NCBI GenBank assembly: GCA_963717435.1
Contig: OY970332.1
Coordinates: 928,001-992,000 of the forward strand
DNA from: an uncultured bacterium
GTDB lineage: Bacteria; Babelota; Babeliae; Babelales; Babelaceae
Length of the DNA stretch: 64,000 bases
Direction: 5' to 3'
Program-made: the position numbers and the translations under genes
In this document: one piece after another, positions 18,278 through 28,426 of the stretch
Layout: each line of letters begins with the position of its first letter
Numbering within the stretch: position 1 is the first letter of the stretch
The notes under the pieces: generated by a model
Told to the model about the DNA's origin: nothing
What the model saw: the letters and a program-made list of their open reading frames with translations, nothing else
Database searches by the model: none

Positions 18278-19318
18278 AACAATAACAGAAATATTATCAC
18301 CGCTTTGGTTGGCAAAAGCGGCGTCGCGCAGGGCAGCTGCTGCGTCCAGGGCATTTTGTGAGTTGCCCGCGTTGTCAGATTTTTCAGAACCGAAATCTGG
18401 TTTGTGTGTTATATTAATTACGTTATCTTTTTTATCAAACTTTTCTGAAACAATTTTGGCCGCTTTTTCGTTATCTATAACATCCCAAACGCCGTCGCAT
18501 GCGATAATTAAATATTTGTGATCGTGAGTAAGTTTAATCGTGTGAATTTCAGGTATTCCTGATACCGCTCCGCCGTCAATTATTTTCCCCGCGCTGTTTG
18601 GTTGCTTAAATAAAAAATCTCCAAACGCACGTGAAACTGCAAGCAATGTGCTTACTCCCGGGATATAAATTCTTGGAACATCTTCTTCTTCACAAACAAC
18701 TTTGCCCCCATTTTTTTCAATACGTTCAGTTTCTTCAAGATTTATGGGCTTATGATCCCGCGATTCCCAATCAATATTATTATTTTTATCAACTAAGATT
18801 GCGCGTGAGTCGCCAAGCCAAGCGACAGTCAAGATTTTGTGGCCAGTTTTGTCTATTTCTATGTGGCCTACAACAGCTGTTGAACCCATGCTATCTGCAT
18901 AAGATTTTGTTTTTAGATCATCTTCTATGCGTGCAAAAGTTTTTAAGAATATTTGATCAGTTCTAGTTAATTTTTTTGTTTCCTGAGATTTTTCTGATTT
19001 TTCTATCTGATGATGATCTGCCTCATGATGTACAACAAATTTGTTGAATTCAAAATGCTCTATAAATTTTTCTTGGGCATATTCGGCAACCTTTTTGCCC
19101 CCGTGTCCATCAAAAATGCCAAACAAAAATTCGTTATTTGTTTTTTCCATAGGATGCGCGACAATATGCGTATCTTCCATAGTTATACGTCTTCCCTGAC
19201 GTGCGCTTAGACCCCAAGCAAATCTGTGTGCAGTTGTTTTATATTCACCAGATAATCCAGGCGCTATAAATACTAAACTTAGAAAAATAGTAAAAAGCCT
19301 AACTGATTGGTTTTTCAT
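18257..19318 (-). CDS. PP2C/PPM Ser/Thr phosphatase, eukaryote-type, with signal peptide
   Basis: QGRRITMED, FDGHGG, GSTA, LGDSRA, DHKP, LAVSRAFGD, ACDGVWDV and GDNISV motifs. Confidence 0.92.
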   Translation of the reverse strand: MKNQSVRLFTIFLSLVFIAPGLSGEYKTTAHRFAWGLSARQGRRITMEDTHIVAHPMEKTNNEFLFGIFDGHGGKKVAEYAQEKFIEHFEFNKFVVHHEADHHQIEKSEKSQETKKLTRTDQIFLKTFARIEDDLKTKSYADSMGSTAVVGHIEIDKTGHKILTVAWLGDSRAILVDKNNNIDWESRDHKPINLEETERIEKNGGKVVCEEEDVPRIYIPGVSTLLAVSRAFGDFLFKQPNSAGKIIDGGAVSGIPEIHTIKLTHDHKYLIIACDGVWDVIDNEKAAKIVSEKFDKKDNVINITHKPDFGSEKSDNAGNSQNALDAAAALRDAAFANQSGDNISVIVVGLDSK

Positions 19319-19518
19319 GAAAAAATCTTAAAGATTAAATTTTAATTTACCGGGATCGATAATATAAAAAAGCTGCGTGTTTATCAAGACTTGTATTTAA
19401 GCGTTTTTTATTTGTGGGCAGTAACTAATTAGTCGGGTTGTTTACAAGCCGAACTTGAATTGGGTAGGGTGTTTATGTTGAGTTGTGTATTATTAAAAAT
19501 AGGGGAGAGCGTGTGTGT

Positions 19519-20223
19519 ATGGATTTTTTAAAAAATCTTATAACTAAGCTGATTTTTGCGTTGAATTTAGTCTCTGTTTCACAAATTGCAGGGGCAGTTT
19601 ATGAATCGGGCAGGAATGGCGGGAACGGGCGTGAGATTACTGAAAAAAATGCCTCGGCGCAGGCTTTGCAGGCCATAAAGAACGAAAATATGTCTCTTCT
19701 TGCAGATTTAGTAAAATATTATAAAAAACAGGGTATCGATATTAACGAGCCAGTTGATGTGTTGGGTAGAAAATATGATCTTTTGGGAGCAGCGATTTCC
19801 TGGGGAAAAGTGAAAGCTGCTAAATTCTTGTTAAGTAATGGGGCGAAATTGAAAGACGAATTTGAAATTAAATCTGTCAAAACAGCGCCGCTTATTTATA
19901 CCAAATCTATGGCTGAACTTTTGATACCTCGAGGGGTTATCGTACCGAAAATTAAAGATGTAATAGATAAGATGCGTGCGGATTCTCTTACAAAAATGCT
20001 TGATGTTAAAGAAACCGGATTAGCTTTGATAAAGTTTTTGGTAGGTCACGGTGCAGAGTTTGATCGTACCGTGATAAATAGTATTAATGCCGCTATTCAA
20101 GATTTGATTGCCGATGAAAATCATGTTTTTGTTAACAACAGTAAACATTTTCAAGAAGATTATAGCGCAGAATTCAAGGCGATAAAAAAATATCTTGATG
20201 AAAAACTAAAAAATCGCAACTAA
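19519..20223 (+). CDS. Exported protein with degenerate ankyrin repeats
   Basis: Signal-like N-terminus; LLGAAISWGKVKAAKFLLSNGAK and IKFLVGHGAEF. Confidence 0.6.
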   Translation: MDFLKNLITKLIFALNLVSVSQIAGAVYESGRNGGNGREITEKNASAQALQAIKNENMSLLADLVKYYKKQGIDINEPVDVLGRKYDLLGAAISWGKVKAAKFLLSNGAKLKDEFEIKSVKTAPLIYTKSMAELLIPRGVIVPKIKDVIDKMRADSLTKMLDVKETGLALIKFLVGHGAEFDRTVINSINAAIQDLIADENHVFVNNSKHFQEDYSAEFKAIKKYLDEKLKNRN

Positions 20224-20324
20224 TGATATTGGGCTTAAATTGGATTTATTATATCTAGTTTGTGAATAATTTTTTTTGCATGACTATTTTTCTTTAAATT
20301 TTAATATTTTTTGCTTATTAATTA

Positions 20325-21257
20325 TTACGCTATAATACACAGTTCGCGAAGTTTCTTTATTACGTCTTGCTCAAGTTCCTCCCAGATTGCGCCCTTTTTA
20401 ATTAAATATTGTACAACATTAGATTTGATATCGATGTTGCCAAATTGGTCATGTGTTGCATAATATAATGGCTTTAAACCATATGCGTTTAATGCATTTA
20501 TATCAGCTTGATATTGTTTTAATAATTTGCACATATAAAAGTCATTGTTATATGCTGCAATATGCATTAAATATTGAGTGTTGCCGTATTTGTGATTTAC
20601 CATATCTAAATTTGGATTAGCTTGCCTGTTGCATTTTAAAATTTTAAAAGCCTGTCTTTTATTTTTAAATACTACCGCCCAATAAAGTTTGTCGCTTTCT
20701 GAAATTTTTTCACTAAGGTATAAAGCTATTTCAAGTTGCACAATAACTTTCTGGCTTAGAATTTTCCAGTCCGCTCCATTTGCTATCAAAAACAAAGCAA
20801 CTTCGAACTTTATTTTCATATTGTCGAATTTATCATGCGTTGCATAATATAGTGGCGTATGCCCCAAACGGTTTTTTACATTCAAATCTGCGCCATATTG
20901 TTTTAACAATGCGCACATGTTTAAATCACCGTTGTTTGCTGCTATATGAATCAAAGACAGGCCATTGCAATACACGCGATTTACCAAATTAAGCCCGGGT
21001 TTTTCCTGTATAGACGATTCTATTGTTGAACGAGCAGCTTCGACGTTTTTTAGCACAACATGGACATAAATTTTCTCATGATCATACAGATATTGATATG
21101 TGTCGGGGTCTTTCACGACCCTTCTTGCATCATTTTTGGTTGTAATTCCCAGAGTATCTTTTCTAAAGTTAGGGATAAAATTTTGCCCACCTGCTTGTAA
21201 GCTAAGTGCAGTAATTGTGATTGCTATAACTAATTTTGCTAATAATTTTTTCTGCAT
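20325..21257 (-). CDS. Secreted ankyrin-repeat protein ending in CaaX (CIIA)
   Basis: Signal peptide; LIHIAANNGD...GADLNVKNRLGHTPLYYA module present twice. Confidence 0.88.
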   Translation of the reverse strand: MQKKLLAKLVIAITITALSLQAGGQNFIPNFRKDTLGITTKNDARRVVKDPDTYQYLYDHEKIYVHVVLKNVEAARSTIESSIQEKPGLNLVNRVYCNGLSLIHIAANNGDLNMCALLKQYGADLNVKNRLGHTPLYYATHDKFDNMKIKFEVALFLIANGADWKILSQKVIVQLEIALYLSEKISESDKLYWAVVFKNKRQAFKILKCNRQANPNLDMVNHKYGNTQYLMHIAAYNNDFYMCKLLKQYQADINALNAYGLKPLYYATHDQFGNIDIKSNVVQYLIKKGAIWEELEQDVIKKLRELCIIA

Positions 21258-21355
21258 GATGATTTTCTCTAAATTTTAAAATTTTTGTTTTTGGTATCTA
21301 AAAAAATATAACTTATTATAACCAGAGTTTGGCCAGTTTGGCTACAAAAAAGCTG

Positions 21356-22183
21356 TTATATTATCAAGCAGTCGTCAGCATCCGGCTCTTCAGGATTGGG
21401 CTGATTTTGCGAGTTTTGGGGATTTTTATTCTTGTCTTGTATTAATAATAATTTTTTTAGATTTTCTAGTTTTTTTATCTCGGGTTCTGTTGATTGGTTC
21501 GATATTGCGCCCTTTTGGATTAGTATTGTTAGAATTTTTAGTTGTTCCTGTGGGATATTAGCTTGTTGATTATTGCTAAAATTAATTGCGCTTAAAAATA
21601 GATCAAGTGGTGTTTGCCTAGAGCTGTTTTGCTGATTTATTTTAACTTCTGGGTTATAAATAAATATTCTTGCAAGATCATACAAAGAGAAACTCAATGC
21701 TATATGCAAAGGGGTATTTTTGTCATGCTCGGTGCTATTTATCTTTGCATTATAGGCAATTAACATATTGATAATATTGTTGTCTCCCGAATAGTTTTCC
21801 ATGGCAGAAAATATTGCAGTCTCGTTGTTATTGTCAGTAATATTTGGATCAGCACCATGTCGCAACAAAATTTCAACAGCTGCAAAATTGTTTCTTAGGC
21901 ATGCAAGATGCAAAGCTGTTTTTCCATCGCGATTTTTTATATTTATATATTTCGGCTGCGAAGCTAATGTTTCAAGCATATGCGCGTTACCATGCATAAC
22001 AGCAAGATGTATCGCCTGATTCCCGTTATAAGATTTTACTAGAGAGATTGAGTCAAGATCGCCATCTGACAAATCTTGAGAGTCCATAGATAAAATTTTA
22101 GTTTGAAAATTTGAGATAAAAATAAAAGTTAAAAGAAATCTTAATTTGTTTTTAAAACAAATTCTACAAATTGTGTCCCCCAT
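21356..22183 (-). CDS. Ankyrin-repeat protein ending in CaaX (CLII)
   Basis: GNQAIHLA, GKTALHLA and NTPLHIA repeats; hydrophobic N-terminus. Confidence 0.9.
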   Translation of the reverse strand: MGDTICRICFKNKLRFLLTFIFISNFQTKILSMDSQDLSDGDLDSISLVKSYNGNQAIHLAVMHGNAHMLETLASQPKYINIKNRDGKTALHLACLRNNFAAVEILLRHGADPNITDNNNETAIFSAMENYSGDNNIINMLIAYNAKINSTEHDKNTPLHIALSFSLYDLARIFIYNPEVKINQQNSSRQTPLDLFLSAINFSNNQQANIPQEQLKILTILIQKGAISNQSTEPEIKKLENLKKLLLIQDKNKNPQNSQNQPNPEEPDADDCLII

Positions 22184-22210
22184 AAAACTACTGCCCCCTT
22201 TTTAAATTAA

Positions 22211-23041
22211 CTAATATTCATAAATCCCTATATTGCCCCTATCAGCATCAAGTGTTATTGGCGCTCCGCCATCCCCCAAAGTTCCGCAGGCTTCTTTTGT
22301 AAACTGCTTCCAACTATTTTTGTTTAATTTTGTTGTTATGGGCCTGGTTGTAACAAATAACTCAGAAGTTACTTTGCCGTAGTTAGTTTTTGCGTTTAAG
22401 TCTGCGTTTGTTTCTTTTGGTAGGTATAGATTTATATCGCCACTTAGTGTTTCAAGAAAGATAGAACAGTTGTCTTGCAGTTGCTTTTGTCGGACAGTTA
22501 TCGAGCCCCTATCCGCTTTTGCATTTACTGAATTGGTTGAATTTTTAATGTCGATATCCCCCTCATGTATTGTTGCCTGTATGCTGCCGTCAATATCTTC
22601 TACTTTTATTACACCTTTGTCTGTGCAGATAGATTTTAAATTGGCAGATTTTGGAAGCAGGATATTTAAATTGGTGTATGCAACGTCTTCTGACTTATAG
22701 CTTACAATAACTCTTAGCGTTTTTTCTTTTTCAAGCTCTTTAAATATCGCTTTTGTTGCCTTTATTTCTTCAGGGGTGCCTCTTTTTTCTAGTTCGATTA
22801 AGAGTTTATTGTTGTTCCATGTTTTAATTGTTATATTCCCTTTAGGGATAATTACTTCAAGATTTGATTCTGCATCAAAAGAAAATTCTTTGGTTAAAAT
22901 CTCTTTTTCTGCGGGAGTAAATATCTTTTTAACTTTAGAAATATATTTAGAAGTTTCTATAGAATATAGATTTGGGCAGATCAAACATGTTAAAGATGTT
23001 ATTAAAAGTGTGTTATAAGTAAAATTCTTGTTAAAAACCAT
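22211..23041 (-). CDS. DUF4097-like beta-strand repeat (putative adhesin) protein
   Basis: Repeated T/D-x-x-G-x-I units; ends GDGGAPITLDADRGNIGI. Confidence 0.75.
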   Translation of the reverse strand: MVFNKNFTYNTLLITSLTCLICPNLYSIETSKYISKVKKIFTPAEKEILTKEFSFDAESNLEVIIPKGNITIKTWNNNKLLIELEKRGTPEEIKATKAIFKELEKEKTLRVIVSYKSEDVAYTNLNILLPKSANLKSICTDKGVIKVEDIDGSIQATIHEGDIDIKNSTNSVNAKADRGSITVRQKQLQDNCSIFLETLSGDINLYLPKETNADLNAKTNYGKVTSELFVTTRPITTKLNKNSWKQFTKEACGTLGDGGAPITLDADRGNIGIYEY

Positions 23042-23059
23042 AATTTACTCGCTAAAGTT

Positions 23060-24496
23060 ATGAATATAAAAAATAAAATCAAAGATTTTGTTAAATTTTT
23101 ATTACCTGCTGACGCTATTATATCTAATATAGTATTAAATATTCAAGAGGCAGGTGGCGTCTCTTATCTGGTCGGCGGTTCTGTGCGCGATATTTTAATG
23201 GCCGATTTTTCCCATAATATTAACATAAAAGATCTTGATATCGAGGTTCATGGGCTGGATCTTGAGGCTCTAAAAAAAATATTGTCTAAATATGGCCACG
23301 TGAATTTGGTGGGCAAATCTTTTGGCGTTTTGAGAGTTGCAAACTTGGATGTTGATTGGTCATTGCCAAGAACAGATTCTTCTGGAAGAAAGCCCGAAGT
23401 TAAGATTGACCCAAATATGGATATCACAACTGCGCTTAAAAGAAGAGATTTGACTATCAACTCTATGGCAATAAATTTAAATAATTACGAACTTATCGAC
23501 CCATATGGTGGGATAAACGACATAAAAAACAAAGTTTTACGCGCAACTGACAGTAAATTTTTTGGTGAAGATCCGCTTCGGTTTTTCAGAGTTATGCAGT
23601 TTGTTTCCCGTTTTGAGCTGGTTCCAGATAACGAGCTTAATCAAATATGCGCCAATATGGACGTTAAATCTGTATCAAAAGAACGCATAGAGCTTGAATT
23701 TGAAAAGATGCTTTTAAAATCAAAAAAGCCGTCACTTGGGCTGCGCTGGCTCTTAGAGATTAATAGACTTGAAGATATATTTCCTGAACTTTATAAAACT
23801 GTTGGGGTTAAGCAAGAGTTTAAATGGCACCCGGAAAAAGATGTTTTTGAGCACACTATGCAGGCGCTTGATGCTGAAGCAAAAATCTATTTGCAGTTTT
23901 CAGAGAACCCCGACAAGAAAAAAGAAAAACTAATTTTGCTATATGCGGCAATATGTCACGATTTGGGCAAACCTGATACCACAGAAATAATCGACGGGGT
24001 TATCAAAAGTCATGGGCATGAAGTTGTTGGTGTTGAAATTGCAAATAAGTTCTTAAGAAGAATTACAGATAAAAAAGAGATTATTGACCCGGTTTTAAAG
24101 TTGGTTCGAAATCATATGGCGCCTGGAACGTTTGCTGCACAAAATGCATCGCCGCGGGCGTATAAACGTCTTGCTCTTCATCTTTCTCCCGACGTTAATA
24201 TTAAGATGCTTGCAAATCTGGCATTTGCAGATAGACGCGGCAGAAACCCGGATTCACATGAGCCATTAGATTCCGATTTGCCTGAGATACAAGAATTTTT
24301 AAATCGTGCAGAGCAAGCGCAAGTTTTATTTGAAAAAGAACAGCCCATTTTGCTTGGTAGAGATTTTCTTGATATTTTTTCGGGCCCGCAACTTGGCGAA
24401 GCTGTTAGACTTGCTTATAAGTTGCAAATTGATGACTCTATAAAAGACAAAGAAGAGCTTAGGGCTCTGGTGATAGAAAAGTTGCGAGAAAAATAA
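23060..24496 (+). CDS. cca: CCA tRNA nucleotidyltransferase with HD domain
   Basis: VGGSVRD, KDLDIE, RRDLTINSMA, EDPLR, HPEKDVFEHT and CHDLGK motifs. Confidence 0.92.
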   Translation: MNIKNKIKDFVKFLLPADAIISNIVLNIQEAGGVSYLVGGSVRDILMADFSHNINIKDLDIEVHGLDLEALKKILSKYGHVNLVGKSFGVLRVANLDVDWSLPRTDSSGRKPEVKIDPNMDITTALKRRDLTINSMAINLNNYELIDPYGGINDIKNKVLRATDSKFFGEDPLRFFRVMQFVSRFELVPDNELNQICANMDVKSVSKERIELEFEKMLLKSKKPSLGLRWLLEINRLEDIFPELYKTVGVKQEFKWHPEKDVFEHTMQALDAEAKIYLQFSENPDKKKEKLILLYAAICHDLGKPDTTEIIDGVIKSHGHEVVGVEIANKFLRRITDKKEIIDPVLKLVRNHMAPGTFAAQNASPRAYKRLALHLSPDVNIKMLANLAFADRRGRNPDSHEPLDSDLPEIQEFLNRAEQAQVLFEKEQPILLGRDFLDIFSGPQLGEAVRLAYKLQIDDSIKDKEELRALVIEKLREK

Positions 24497-24508
24497 TTTA
24501 TTGCGCCA

Positions 24509-24681
24509 TGGTTCGATACATTCTTCTACGATAAATCTTCGAAGAACACTCACCACGAGCGCCTACCCGCTCGTCCCGAGTGCCCGAATGGAATGAGGGT
24601 GTATCGAGGGATGGCGGATGTTTCTCGATCCCTCGATACATTCTACTACGCCAAGGCTTCGTAGAACACTCGGGACGAGCG
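24509..24681. repeat. Three family A repeats in alternating orientation (BIME-like)
   Basis: Units 24509-24561, 24568-24611 (reverse) and 24629-24681, each with TCGATACA...CACTC..ACGAGCG. Confidence 0.85.
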
Positions 24682-24797
24682 GCCTGCTTGCATAAACTAC
24701 AAAAATATAAAAATTCAACAGAACCTAAAATTTATATATAATATTGGCTATAAATATATTTGATAAATTTTTTAACTAAATATAAAAGGGGAATTGC

Positions 24798-25478
24798 GTG
24801 AATCCAATTTCAATGAAAAATGCGTTGGCACAGTTAGTTTTGCAATCTGATGCATTAAGTAAGTTAACTTTAATATTATTGCTTGTAATGTCTATTGTTT
24901 GTTGGACAATAACTTTTTATAAGCTATTTAATTTATATAATCAAAAAAAACAACTTGAATCTGTTGAGCAGTCTATGAGAACCGCAACGGATGTCCAAGA
25001 TCTAATCACAGCAGTGTCGCCATATAGAAACAGTTCTGCAGGTGAGTTAGTCATAAAATATTTAAATTCGATCAAACTTGCTTTAAAAAATAAGCAATCT
25101 ATAAACTCATTAACGGATAGCGATTTTGAATATTTGCAGTTTATGTCTGATCAGAATATAGACCAAATTATTCATGAAAACGAAGTTAATTTGTCGATAT
25201 TATCTGTTAGTGCAGCAGTTGCGCCGCTTATTGGTTTGTTTGGAACAGTTTGGGGACTTATTCACAGTTTTGTTTCTATAAGTGCATTAAAAAATGCCGA
25301 TATTACAACAGTTGCGCCAGGTATTGCCGAAGCACTTATTGTAACATTGGCGGGTCTTATGGTCGCAATTCCAGCGCTTGTGAGTTTTCATTCTATTGCA
25401 ACAAGAATCAGAGATCTTGAACATAGACTGCAAAATTTGTTATCTAAAGTAGAGTTTGTTATTAGAAATTCTAATTAG
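24798..25478 (+). CDS. tolQ: TolQ/ExbB proton channel protein
   Basis: APLIGLFGTVWG and VAPGIAEALIVTLAGL. Confidence 0.9.
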   Translation: MNPISMKNALAQLVLQSDALSKLTLILLLVMSIVCWTITFYKLFNLYNQKKQLESVEQSMRTATDVQDLITAVSPYRNSSAGELVIKYLNSIKLALKNKQSINSLTDSDFEYLQFMSDQNIDQIIHENEVNLSILSVSAAVAPLIGLFGTVWGLIHSFVSISALKNADITTVAPGIAEALIVTLAGLMVAIPALVSFHSIATRIRDLEHRLQNLLSKVEFVIRNSN

Positions 25479-25489
25479 GGGTTCAAATA

Positions 25490-25906
25490 ATGCGCAGAAG
25501 AAGAAATAGTGATCGGAAATTGGTAATGCCTGAAATTTCGTTAACGCCATTAATCGATACGGCGTTAACGCTTCTTGTTATCTTCATGGTTTCAACGCCC
25601 ATGCTACAAAATGCTATTAACGTCGAATTGCCCAAAACTGGAGCTAGGGAAAATAATCAGCCAAAGCGGGAAGATTTAATAGTTTATATAGACTCAAAAG
25701 AAAATTTTTATTTGGGTGATAAAAAACTTACTGAAAAAGAGATTGCAGAAAATTTAGGCAAACGAACAACTAAAGATGATCCTCAGACTGTTTATGTAAG
25801 AGCCGATAGAGCCGTGAAGCACGGTACCGTTTGTGAATTTGTTGATAGACTTCAGCACTATCCGGGGGTAAAGAATGTCGCATTGGCAACTCAGATTACA
25901 ACGTAA
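25490..25906 (+). CDS. tolR: TolR/ExbD
   Basis: EISLTPLIDTALTLLVIFMV and VYVRAD. Confidence 0.9.
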   Translation: MRRRRNSDRKLVMPEISLTPLIDTALTLLVIFMVSTPMLQNAINVELPKTGARENNQPKREDLIVYIDSKENFYLGDKKLTEKEIAENLGKRTTKDDPQTVYVRADRAVKHGTVCEFVDRLQHYPGVKNVALATQITT

Positions 25907-26936
25907 ATTATTATCTAGTAAATTTTGGGTTGAGCCCAATAGCTTATCAAAAGCTTTTCTTATATCTTTTGTCGTGCACGTTTTTATTTTTATTGTCCCA
26001 TTTTTATTTATAAGAAACTCTGGAATTATAATTATTGACTCTACTGGGAAATATAATATCCCAGTTTATTACAAACTTGCTGCTAATTCTGGACGCGCAG
26101 GTTCGGGTGCTAATTATAATTTTAATTCTGGAAATAGCTCAGGAAGTTTTAAAAACGCGGGACTTACTGTAAATAGTAAAAACAGTAATAAAACTAATAA
26201 ATCTGGTAAAAATAATATTGCGAGCAAGCTAGTTAGCCCGCAGGCGAATAAAAATTCGCATGCGCGTCAAAGTTTAGCCGCAAGCGCAAGAGCAGAAGAT
26301 ACTGGCGCTTTTGTTAAACTGAAAAAGTTTTCCAGAAAGCAGAATTTTTCAAAATCAACTAGCAAGAAAAATAATAAATTAGATAAAAAAACAAAAAATA
26401 AACTTGATAATAAAAATAATAAAAACTTAAAAAATAGTTCAAAAAAATTAACTCAGCCCGAGATTAAGCCAGAAACAGCACAAGAAGTTGCTCAAGAAAC
26501 TGTTGTCGAAGAGAAAGTAAGCGAAAAAATAAATGCGCCTGAGATCTTAGAAAATAATAATACACAAGAAAGTAATTCTAGTTCTGTGCCCCTGCCGGAA
26601 AATTTGGGTACACTAGATTTTTCAGGTAATAACTCGGGTGACAGCACTGCTGTTGGTACTGGATTTGGAATTGAAGGGTATTTGCATTCAGATGGTGAAC
26701 TTGTCGATGGAATAAGAAATGCTGTCGGTAAAAACTGGTCGCGACCTAAAGGGTTTACGTCAGATGTTTATTGTGAATTTAAAATTTTAGTCGCACAAGA
26801 TGGCAAGAGCGTAAAAATTTTAGAACAGAAAGATAGTAAAGTTCCTGCATTTAATATTCAAGCGCGTGGGGCAATCTTGCGCACAGAGTTTCCGGAAAAA
26901 TGTTGGAACAAAGAGTTAAATTTAATATTGAGATAA
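25875..26936 (+). CDS. TolA/TonB-like protein
   Basis: N-terminal TM with SxxxH, K/N-rich linker and TonB-C-like C-terminus; lies between tolR and tolB. Confidence 0.7.
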   Translation: MSHWQLRLQRKLLSSKFWVEPNSLSKAFLISFVVHVFIFIVPFLFIRNSGIIIIDSTGKYNIPVYYKLAANSGRAGSGANYNFNSGNSSGSFKNAGLTVNSKNSNKTNKSGKNNIASKLVSPQANKNSHARQSLAASARAEDTGAFVKLKKFSRKQNFSKSTSKKNNKLDKKTKNKLDNKNNKNLKNSSKKLTQPEIKPETAQEVAQETVVEEKVSEKINAPEILENNNTQESNSSSVPLPENLGTLDFSGNNSGDSTAVGTGFGIEGYLHSDGELVDGIRNAVGKNWSRPKGFTSDVYCEFKILVAQDGKSVKILEQKDSKVPAFNIQARGAILRTEFPEKCWNKELNLILR

Positions 26937-26955
26937 ATAAGATAGGTGTAGACGC

Positions 26956-28263
26956 ATGAATAAATTTACAAAAATATTAGTGATACTTATTTTTATTATT
27001 TTTAATAATAATTGTGAGAGCGATTCTGCGGGCAAAATATTTGCACAGATAGATCTTGAATCTTCTGGGAATTTTAAAATCCCTGTGTTAATAGCGCAAA
27101 GCTGGGTAAATGCTGAAACAAATAATATCCCTGATGATAATTTTAAAAATCTTGTAAAAAAAATCGCACAAAATATTTCACTCAGCGGGCAATACGACGT
27201 TCATGTAAAATCTATAGAGATGCCCAAGAAAAAATCTGATATCAAAAACTTTTCTGAGCAGGGCTTTTATTTGGTTATTTTTGTTGAACAAAGTTTTGAT
27301 AAAAATTTTATCGAATTTAGAGTCTATGATTCTGCTCTGGGCGATATGGTGAAGGGCAAAAAAATCGAAGTCTGCCCCGATATTGCTGATATTATATCAA
27401 ATTATGTATGGCTCGAGCTTTCGGGGGAGCAGGGTGTTTTTGGAACAAAAATAGCGTATGTAAAACGAATCTCAAATTCCAGAAATTCACACAAAAGCGC
27501 AGTGTGTCTGTCAGATATTACTGGAAAAAATGAACTTAAAATTGTAAGAAATTCGACAATTAATATTAAGCCGCAGTTTGTTAAAATTAATAATATTTTA
27601 AAATTATTTTATTCAGAGTTTACCGCTGGAAATGTCAGACTCATGTCTGTTATGCTTAATGGAACCGGAAAAAGACCGGTATTTGATTTTGATGGGACAA
27701 TAGTTGGGATCTCCTGTTCTCCCGATGGCAAATCTGCCGCATATTGCAGATCGGGCGATATTTGGCATTACACTTACGAATCAAATACAAAAAAAAGTTT
27801 TCATAAAAAAATAGTTCACGATTTTGGAAACTCTTCTTGCCCGAACTTGTTACCCAACGGCGATATTATTTTTGGATCTGATTATGGCAAAACTTGCAGT
27901 ATATATATTTGCAAAAATAATTTAGCTAATTTGGATCAAAAAATTAATCCTGAAAAATTAAATATTTCTGGTTATTGCGTGGCACCCAACTGGTGCCCAG
28001 TTAATAATAAGATTGTTTATTCAAAACGCGTAGACAATAATATGCAGTTATTTACTTATAATTTAAATAATAATAAAGAAGAACAGATCACTTATAATTC
28101 TGGTAACAAAATAGACGCCTGCTGGTCCCCATGCGGTAATTATTTACTGTTTTGTTACCAAAATAATAAGACAAGCAGAATTGCCCGTATTCACACTGTT
28201 GTTAAAGAAATAGAGTTTGTTACACCTGAATCAGATTTTTGCAGCTACCCAGCTTGGGCGTAA
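26956..28263 (+). CDS. tolB: TolB-like beta-propeller protein
   Basis: GVFGTKIAYV and PD40-like repeats (SPDGK, WSPCG, PAW). Confidence 0.8.
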   Translation: MNKFTKILVILIFIIFNNNCESDSAGKIFAQIDLESSGNFKIPVLIAQSWVNAETNNIPDDNFKNLVKKIAQNISLSGQYDVHVKSIEMPKKKSDIKNFSEQGFYLVIFVEQSFDKNFIEFRVYDSALGDMVKGKKIEVCPDIADIISNYVWLELSGEQGVFGTKIAYVKRISNSRNSHKSAVCLSDITGKNELKIVRNSTINIKPQFVKINNILKLFYSEFTAGNVRLMSVMLNGTGKRPVFDFDGTIVGISCSPDGKSAAYCRSGDIWHYTYESNTKKSFHKKIVHDFGNSSCPNLLPNGDIIFGSDYGKTCSIYICKNNLANLDQKINPEKLNISGYCVAPNWCPVNNKIVYSKRVDNNMQLFTYNLNNNKEEQITYNSGNKIDACWSPCGNYLLFCYQNNKTSRIARIHTVVKEIEFVTPESDFCSYPAWA

Positions 28264-28426
28264 TTGAGTCTGGCAAGCTCAACTTTTGGGCGATATTGTT
28301 CGACAAAATATTGCTTTCTGGTAATATAAACTCTGATTTTCTCTTCCAACTCTGGATTTTAGAAATCATCCAAATATATAATGTTTATAAGTTTGATTTA
28401 ATAACCGACATTTTTAGGTAGGGTTT

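Noticed and set aside
24509-24681. CRISPR array or integron attC sites
   Set aside because: Units alternate in orientation and have no unique spacers; no cas genes; the recombinase looks Xer-like and the copies follow core genes rather than cassettes
28239-28421. 60-aa ORF between tolB and ftsH
   Set aside because: TTG start overlapping tolB, no motif; more likely the ftsH promoter region
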